64,000 nt of DNA, taken from the NCBI GenBank assembly GCA_020831885.1, contig JAFIFU010000005.1, forward strand, positions 26,071-90,070, in the 5' to 3' direction. The notes under the pieces were generated by a model. The model saw nothing but the letters and a program-made list of their open reading frames with translations. It did no database searches and was not told the DNA's origin. The position numbers and the translations under genes are program-made. The DNA comes from Ectothiorhodospiraceae bacterium. Its GTDB lineage: Bacteria > Pseudomonadota > Gammaproteobacteria > Nitrococcales > Aquisalimonadaceae. Positions 58,039 to 64,000 of this stretch are shown one piece after another; within the stretch, counting starts at the first letter, position 1; each line of letters starts with the position of its first letter.

Positions 58039-60521
58039 ACACGTTGCGCTACGGGTTTCGGCTTCTGCTAAGGGATTGGCGTGCGGGTGAGCTGCGCCTG
58101 CTGGCTACGGCCCTGGTGCTGGCGGTCACAGCGATCACGGCGGTGGCCTGGCTGGCTGACCGGGTGAGCCTGGCCACCGAGACGCGGGCCGCGGAGCTGC
58201 TGGGCGCTGACCGCGCACTGGTGGGCAATGATCCGCTGCCCGAGCGCTTCGAGGCATTGGCCCGGGTGCAGGGTCTGGCCGTGGCGCGCACGCTGCAGTT
58301 CCCCAGCGTGGTTCTCACCGAGGAGCGCACTCAGCTCGTCGCCGTGCGTGCGGTGGACGCCAATTATCCGCTCCGCGGCAGTCTGCAGGTGGCGGACCAC
58401 GCCGACGGCGACGCCGAGAACACCACCGCGACCCCTGCCCGCGGCGAGGTGTGGGCCGAAGCGCGGTTGCTGATCCAGCTTGATATCGCCGTGGGTGACC
58501 GCATCGAACTCGGGGAAGAGGAATTCGTGGTGAGCCGGGTACTGATGCTGGAGCCTAGCCTGGGCGGGGGGTTCCAGAACCTGGCGCCACGGTTGCTGAT
58601 GCATCTGGACGACGTGCAGGCCACCGGACTGGTCCAGGAGGCCAGCCGCGTGACCTACCGGCTGCTGGTGGCAGGTGACAACGCCGCCGTCAACCAGTGG
58701 CAGACCCGGGTGCAGCCGGAGCTGGACGAGTCCATCGGTCTGGAGGCACCGGGGGAGGGGCAGCCCGCGGTGGAGCAGGTGCTGGATGCCGCCAAGCGCT
58801 TCCTCGGGCTGAGCGCGCTGCTCACTGTGGTGGTGGGCGGCGTGGCCATGCTGCTGACCATCCGGCACTATGCCACCCGCCATCTGGACCGGGTGGCGGT
58901 CATGCGCTGTCTGGGTGCCACGGAGCGCCAGATCGCGTCCATGCTGACCTGGAAGATGGTGCTGCTGGGGCTGATCACGGCTGCCGTGGGCAGCCTGCTG
59001 GGCTATCTGGTGCACCTGCTCATGCTGTCGCTGCTCGCCGATCTGCTCCCGGGTCTGCCGGCGGCGAGCTGGCGTCCGGCAGCGGTGGGGCTGTTGGCCG
59101 CGCAGGTTATCCTGCTCGGTTTCGCCCTGCCCACCATCCTGCGGCTGCGGCGGGTGCCGCCGTTACGGGTGCTCCGACGTGACCTGGGTGATCAGTTGTT
59201 CCGCGGCTGGGGGGTGTATCCGGTGGCCTTGGGCGCCATCTTCATGCTCATGTGGTGGCAGGCCCAGGATCTGCTGCTGGCGCTGTACGTCTTTGCCGCG
59301 GTGCTGGGCACCCTGGCCGTGCTCGCCCTGGGTGCCGGGCTGATCATCCTGCTGCTGCGGCGCGGCCGCCCGGCCGGTGCGTCGGGCCTGTTGCTGGCCG
59401 GGCTGGTGCGCCGCCCCTGGACCAACACCTTCCAGATCATGGCGCTGGGGCTGGGACTGATGGCCTTGCTCCTGCTCTCCGTGGTGCGGCAGGACCTGCT
59501 GAACACCTGGCAGGACCGCGTGCCCGACGATGCGCCGAATTACTTCCTGATCAATATCCAGCCGGAGGAGGCCGATGCGCTGCAGGCGCTGTTGGATGAC
59601 CAGGGGCTGGATACCCGGGTCTACCCGATGGTGCGGGCGCGCCTGGTGGGCATCAACGACCGTGATGTGCGGCCGTCCGATTACCAGGAGCCGCGCACCC
59701 GGCGCCTGGTTGCGCGTGAGTTCAACCTGTCCTGGCTGGAGGCCCTGCCCGAGGACAACCATCTGGTGGCCGGTCGCTGGTGGGGCAACGCCGAACGCCC
59801 CGAGCCGCAGTTCTCAGTGGAGGTGGAGCTCGCGGAACGGCTGGGCGTGGGCGTGGGTGATGAACTGCATTTCGACGCCGGTGGTCAGCGCTACAGCGCG
59901 CCGGTGACCAGCCTGCGCGAGGTGCAGTGGGACAGTTTCAACGTCAACTTTTTCGTCGCCGCCTCCCCCGGCGTGCTGGACGCGGCACCGGCCACCTATA
60001 TCACCAGCTTTCATCTGCCCCGGGACCAGCAGCGCCTGCTGGCCCAGGTGGTGCGCGAATACCCCAGTGTCACGCTGATCGATGTCAGTACCATTCTCGA
60101 CACGGTGCGCAGCATCATGGCGCAGGGAGCACGGGTGGTGGAACTGATGGCCCTGCTCACCCTGCTCTCGGGCCTGGTGGTGCTGTTCGCCGCCCTGCAG
60201 GTGACCCGCGAGGAGCGACAGTTCGAGAGCGCCCTGCTGCGCTCTCTGGGTGGACGCCGCGCCCTGATCCGGCGTCTCGCCGCAACCGAGTTCCTGCTAC
60301 TGGGAGGCGCTGCGGGCCTGCTTGCCGGCGGTGGTGCCGCGGTGGCCGGTTACGTGATGGGGAACCTGCTGTTCCAGCTTGAGTATGCTTTCAACCCCTG
60401 GCTTCCGGTGCTGGGCGTCCTTGTCGGCGCGCTGGTGGTGGCCGGCGCCGGGCTGCTGGCCACACGGCGTCTGTACCGCATAACGCCCATGCGGTTGCTG
60501 AAAAGCGCCGAGGAGGGCTGA
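58035..60521 (+). CDS. ybbP: FtsX-like ABC transporter permease (YbbP-like, duplicated FtsX domains)
   Basis: 828 aa with two clusters of TM helices separated by large loops. 4-nt overlap with ybbA. Confidence 0.85.
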   Translation: MNTLRYGFRLLLRDWRAGELRLLATALVLAVTAITAVAWLADRVSLATETRAAELLGADRALVGNDPLPERFEALARVQGLAVARTLQFPSVVLTEERTQLVAVRAVDANYPLRGSLQVADHADGDAENTTATPARGEVWAEARLLIQLDIAVGDRIELGEEEFVVSRVLMLEPSLGGGFQNLAPRLLMHLDDVQATGLVQEASRVTYRLLVAGDNAAVNQWQTRVQPELDESIGLEAPGEGQPAVEQVLDAAKRFLGLSALLTVVVGGVAMLLTIRHYATRHLDRVAVMRCLGATERQIASMLTWKMVLLGLITAAVGSLLGYLVHLLMLSLLADLLPGLPAASWRPAAVGLLAAQVILLGFALPTILRLRRVPPLRVLRRDLGDQLFRGWGVYPVALGAIFMLMWWQAQDLLLALYVFAAVLGTLAVLALGAGLIILLLRRGRPAGASGLLLAGLVRRPWTNTFQIMALGLGLMALLLLSVVRQDLLNTWQDRVPDDAPNYFLINIQPEEADALQALLDDQGLDTRVYPMVRARLVGINDRDVRPSDYQEPRTRRLVAREFNLSWLEALPEDNHLVAGRWWGNAERPEPQFSVEVELAERLGVGVGDELHFDAGGQRYSAPVTSLREVQWDSFNVNFFVAASPGVLDAAPATYITSFHLPRDQQRLLAQVVREYPSVTLIDVSTILDTVRSIMAQGARVVELMALLTLLSGLVVLFAALQVTREERQFESALLRSLGGRRALIRRLAATEFLLLGGAAGLLAGGGAAVAGYVMGNLLFQLEYAFNPWLPVLGVLVGALVVAGAGLLATRRLYRITPMRLLKSAEEG

Positions 60522-60646
60522 CGTGGCGCCCAGGTTCCTGTACCACCGGGCCAGGCCCCTGGTTGCGGCGGTATAGGCCGTGCCATGGCAATTGCCGGGT
60601 GAACCTTAGTAAAGTGCATGAAACGCACGGGCTCCGGAGTCAGTGG

Positions 60647-61450
60647 ATGGTGCTGAGCAGCAACACGCAGGGATGGTTCGGCGATTTCAACCTGGATGTG
60701 CACCACACCCTGGAATGGCGCGTAGGACCGCTGACGTTCTGGGTCTACCGGGGCGAGCACGAATGGCGGCTGCGCAGTGATGGCGGTGGCGACCCGTTGT
60801 CGCCCACGGCCGAGACCGTGCTGCGGGAGGAGCGCCAGGCCGATGTGGAGGACAGCAAGGTCCAGCGTTTCCTTCTGACCCAGGACAGTCCGAGGCTCAG
60901 CGTCGGGGTCATGTTGCCGGATCGGCCGGTGGTGTCCAAACCGGCCAGCCCCGTGAGCATCCCGGCGGGTGAGTCGGTCAGCTTCTATCTGAGCTACCCG
61001 GTCTGGCTCACGCTGAGTGTCGGGGATCCGCCGCGGAAGCTGGCCGAGTTCCCCAGCCAGCGGCTGTCCGACACCTGGTTCGGCCCGAACACCCGGGAGG
61101 GGATGCTCTGCTACGCCACCCGCAGCCGCTGCCGCCTGAATCTGTCCGACCATCCCCATGTTCCCAACCGCGCCATCACCCAGTTGCTGATCCGCAACCA
61201 GGGGCAGGATGCACTGACCCTGGACCGGGTGAAACTGCCCGTGGCCACGCTCAGCCTGTATCGATCGCTGGACCGTAACTGGTTGTGGACCCAGACAGTG
61301 TCCCTGTTGCGGCAGGAGGGTGGGGACATGGCGGAGCTCAAGCTGGGCAGCGGCGTGCCGGAGGAGGCGGGTCGCTGCGAACTGGTTGCCCAGCCCCGGG
61401 AACTGCCCCAGCGCGGAACCCTGGTCCGGGCCTTCAGCCAGCTTTTTTAG
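60647..61450 (+). CDS. Conserved hypothetical protein
   Basis: 267 aa, soluble, with coherent codon usage. No family confidently recognised (possibly DUF432-like). Stops 12 nt before the MscS gene. Confidence 0.55.
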   Translation: MVLSSNTQGWFGDFNLDVHHTLEWRVGPLTFWVYRGEHEWRLRSDGGGDPLSPTAETVLREERQADVEDSKVQRFLLTQDSPRLSVGVMLPDRPVVSKPASPVSIPAGESVSFYLSYPVWLTLSVGDPPRKLAEFPSQRLSDTWFGPNTREGMLCYATRSRCRLNLSDHPHVPNRAITQLLIRNQGQDALTLDRVKLPVATLSLYRSLDRNWLWTQTVSLLRQEGGDMAELKLGSGVPEEAGRCELVAQPRELPQRGTLVRAFSQLF

Positions 61451-61462
61451 GAGTGGGGATTG

Positions 61463-62344
61463 ATGGGTGACGTGGGCGATTCACTCTGGGGCCAGATCCT
61501 GCTGTACAACTGGATGGGGCTGCTGCAGGCGCTGCTCATCCTGGTGATCGGTTTCCTCGGCGCCCGTGTCGCGGGGCGTGCCGCCGCCCGGGCGGTTCAG
61601 CGGCATACGGGCGTGCACGAGGCCACGCTGATCCGGCGGCTGGTGTTTTACCTGATCCTGGCGCTGGTTTTCGCCACGGCCCTGCATCAGTTGGGCTTCC
61701 GTCTGGGGGTTCTGCTGGGGGCGGCGGGTATCCTGACCGTGGCGATCGGATTCGCCTCCCAGACCTCCGCCTCGAACCTGATTTCCGGTCTGTTCCTGCT
61801 GGCGGAGCGGCCGTTTCAACTGGGCGACTTCATCAAGGTGGGCGATGCCACCGGGGAGGTGATCGCCATCGATCTCATTTCGGTGAAGTTGCGCACCTTC
61901 GATAATCTGTACGTCCGCATTCCCAACGAATCCCTGGTCCGGAGTCAGGTGACGAATTTCTCCCGCTTCCCCATCCGGCGCTTCGACCTCCAGGTCAGCG
62001 TGGCGTACAAGGAGGACGTGGAGCGGGTGCGCAAGGTGCTGGAACAGGTGGCGGATCGTAACCCGCTGTGCCTGGATGAGCCCAAGCCGTTGATCATGTT
62101 CCAGGGGTTCGGCGATTCCTCGGTGAATCTGCAATTGTCGGTCTGGGGACGGCGGGAGAATTTTTTCGACCTGCGCAGCAGCGTGCCGTTGGAGGTCAAG
62201 AAGGCGTTCGACGACCAGGGGATCGAGATACCGTTCCCCCACATCAGCCTGTACGCCGGTAGCGCCACCTCGGCGTTTCCGGTCCGCATGGTGGACGGCG
62301 ATGCACCGGAGGCGCCGGAGCAGGGATCCGAAAAGGGCCGCTGA
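61463..62344 (+). CDS. Small-conductance mechanosensitive channel (MscS family)
   Basis: Three N-terminal TM segments. Has GFASQTSASNLISGLFLLAERPFQLGDFI and a beta-domain. Confidence 0.85.
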   Translation: MGDVGDSLWGQILLYNWMGLLQALLILVIGFLGARVAGRAAARAVQRHTGVHEATLIRRLVFYLILALVFATALHQLGFRLGVLLGAAGILTVAIGFASQTSASNLISGLFLLAERPFQLGDFIKVGDATGEVIAIDLISVKLRTFDNLYVRIPNESLVRSQVTNFSRFPIRRFDLQVSVAYKEDVERVRKVLEQVADRNPLCLDEPKPLIMFQGFGDSSVNLQLSVWGRRENFFDLRSSVPLEVKKAFDDQGIEIPFPHISLYAGSATSAFPVRMVDGDAPEAPEQGSEKGR

Positions 62345-62404
62345 TCCGGGACGGCGGCCGGTCATCGGCTGTCACTCACCCTCATCTGCAGATGGAACGG
62401 ATGC

Positions 62405-63790
62405 ATGAAGGATGATCTGATAGAGAATATCCCTTACAGCAAGCTGGAAACCGGGCAATCCGCCAGCCTGACCCGCAAGCTGACCCTGAGCGACCTGCGT
62501 TTCCATGTGGACGACGATCAGGGCCAGCTGGACCCGAAGATGGTCAGCAGTGACCTGTATTACCGCATTATCACCCACGGCATGTGGGGAACGGCGCTGA
62601 TCGCGGTGCTCGTGGCCACCCGGCTGCCGGGTCCCGGCAGCCGCCTGCTGGCAAACGATCTGCGGTACAACGGCTCCGTGGGTTTGGGGGATACGGTGGC
62701 GGTGACCGTGACCGTCCGCGAAAAGCGCCCCGACCGGCAGGTGCTGCTGGACTGCGAGGTCCGCACTGAAGCGGGTGTCCGGGTGGTTCATGGAACGGCG
62801 CTGGTGGAGGCGCCGGAGCGCCAGATCCGGGAAAGCCGCGAAGCGCTGGAGCACAGCGAGGCCGGTGGGCGGCGTCAGCAGATGCAGCGTCTGCTGCGGC
62901 TGGCGGCCGGGCTTGAGCCCTTGCGCACCGCTGTGGTGCATCCGGTGGACAGTCACTCCCTGGCGGGAGCAGTGGAGGCCGGCCATCGTGGGCTGATCCA
63001 CCCGGTGCTGGTGGGGCCGGAATGGCGTATCCGCGGCGTGGCGGAGGAGCACGGTCTGGCGCTGGATCACGTGGATATCATCGATACCGAGCACAGTCAT
63101 GCCGCAGCCGCCCGGTCCGTGGAGCTGGCCCGCGATGGCGAGGTGGGCGCTCTGATGAAGGGATCCCTGCACACGGACGAGTTCATGCAGCCCGTGGTCA
63201 GCCGCCACGGCGGGCTGCGCACCGACCGGCGGATGAGTCATGTCTGGGTCATGGACGTGCCCACGTACCCGCGCCCGCTGTGCATCACCGATTCCGCGCT
63301 GAACATCCGACCGGATCTGATGGCCAAGGCGGATATCACCCGCAACGTCATCGAGCTGGTGCAGGCCATGGGTGTGGAACAGCCCCGGGTCGCCATCCTT
63401 TCCGCCACCGAGGAGGTGAATCCCCAGATCCAGTCCACGCTGGACGCCGCCGCCCTTTGCAAGATGGCGGACCGGGGCCAGATCCGGGGCGGTGAGCTGG
63501 ACGGTCCCCTGGCCTTCGACAATGCCATCTCCGAGGTGGCGGCCCGGACCAAGGGTATCCGCTCGCCGGTGGCCGGCCGGCCGGATATCCTCCTGGCGCC
63601 GGATCTGGAATCGGCCAATATGCTGGGCAAGCAACTGCGCTACCTGGCCGATGCGGAAACCGCCGGCATCGTGTTGGGGGCCCGGGTGCCCGTGGTGCTC
63701 ACCAGCCGGGCGGACGACATGTTCTCGCGCATCGCGTCCTGTGCCATCGCGCTGCTCATGGCGGGGCGGAAAGAGAGGAAACCCGCATGA
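62405..63790 (+). CDS. pta: Bifunctional MaoC-like dehydratase / phosphate acetyl(butyryl)transferase
   Basis: N-terminal hot-dog fold (about 150 aa) followed by a PTA_PTB-type domain. Confidence 0.8.
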   Translation: MKDDLIENIPYSKLETGQSASLTRKLTLSDLRFHVDDDQGQLDPKMVSSDLYYRIITHGMWGTALIAVLVATRLPGPGSRLLANDLRYNGSVGLGDTVAVTVTVREKRPDRQVLLDCEVRTEAGVRVVHGTALVEAPERQIRESREALEHSEAGGRRQQMQRLLRLAAGLEPLRTAVVHPVDSHSLAGAVEAGHRGLIHPVLVGPEWRIRGVAEEHGLALDHVDIIDTEHSHAAAARSVELARDGEVGALMKGSLHTDEFMQPVVSRHGGLRTDRRMSHVWVMDVPTYPRPLCITDSALNIRPDLMAKADITRNVIELVQAMGVEQPRVAILSATEEVNPQIQSTLDAAALCKMADRGQIRGGELDGPLAFDNAISEVAARTKGIRSPVAGRPDILLAPDLESANMLGKQLRYLADAETAGIVLGARVPVVLTSRADDMFSRIASCAIALLMAGRKERKPA

Positions 63791-64000
63791 CCCGGTCAGC
63801 CGTGCTGGTGGTCAATGCCGGTTCGTCCAGCATCAAGTTCGCCCTTTACGGGCTCGATGACGCTGGTGAGCCGAAACTCCGGGAACGTGGGCAGGCGGAA
63901 GGCCTGGGGGGCGGGCAGGCATCCTTCCGGACGGGCGACCGGCAACTGCCCATGTCCGGTGATGGCCATCGGGCCGCCGTGCATGCGCTCCTGGACTGGT
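63787..64000 (+). CDS. ackA: Acetate kinase, N-terminal fragment (continues past window end)
   Basis: My own translation from ATG 63787 gives MTRSAVLVVNAGSSSIKFALY. ATGA overlap with the pta stop. Confidence 0.85.
   Translation, partial: MTRSAVLVVNAGSSSIKFALYGLDDAGEPKLRERGQAEGLGGGQASFRTGDRQLPMSGDGHRAAVHALLDW

Noticed and set aside
1-64000. CRISPR arrays, IS elements, prophage or defence-system genes.
   Set aside because: None seen. There are no repeat-spacer periodicity, transposase, integrase or nuclease-helicase type ORFs, and no low-GC island.

Overview
High-GC (about 65-68%) chromosomal segment with gammaproteobacterial core-genome synteny (trmB-thiG-thiS, mutY-yggX, tesA/ybbA-ybbP, purEK, rdgC); my guess is a halophilic or alkaliphilic Ectothiorhodospiraceae-like organism. 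All calls come from reading the supplied translations and the DNA, with no database search. I support about 57 protein genes, 2 tRNAs, several cis-regulatory RNAs or sites and one intergenic repeat family. Gene content is mostly housekeeping: partial P-type ATPase, AmpG, a PAS-GAF-GGDEF-EAL protein, an RCK K+ channel, thiamine, haem, purine and isoprenoid genes, PHA synthase and depolymerase, ergothioneine egtBD, glpD-glpK-gap-pyk, and pta-ackA. I found no transposase, integrase, phage, CRISPR or recognisable defence genes, and no convincing wholly novel multi-gene system. The most interesting locus is a 10.4 kb guanidine or urea-carboxylase operon (37.0-47.5 kb). It appears to carry stacked control: an NtrC-like site plus a sigma54 -24/-12 promoter, a textbook guanidine-I (ykkC) riboswitch at the operon head, and a second, different-class candidate guanidine-II (mini-ykkC) riboswitch inside the operon just before the carboxylase gene. 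A family of long, highly structured REP-like intergenic elements has three clear copies sharing a 30-nt core. Two copies sit inside that operon and one carries a (GTCCC)n microsatellite. Many long ORFs in the six-frame track are antisense or off-frame shadows of real genes caused by the GC content, and several real genes start well inside the listed ORF.
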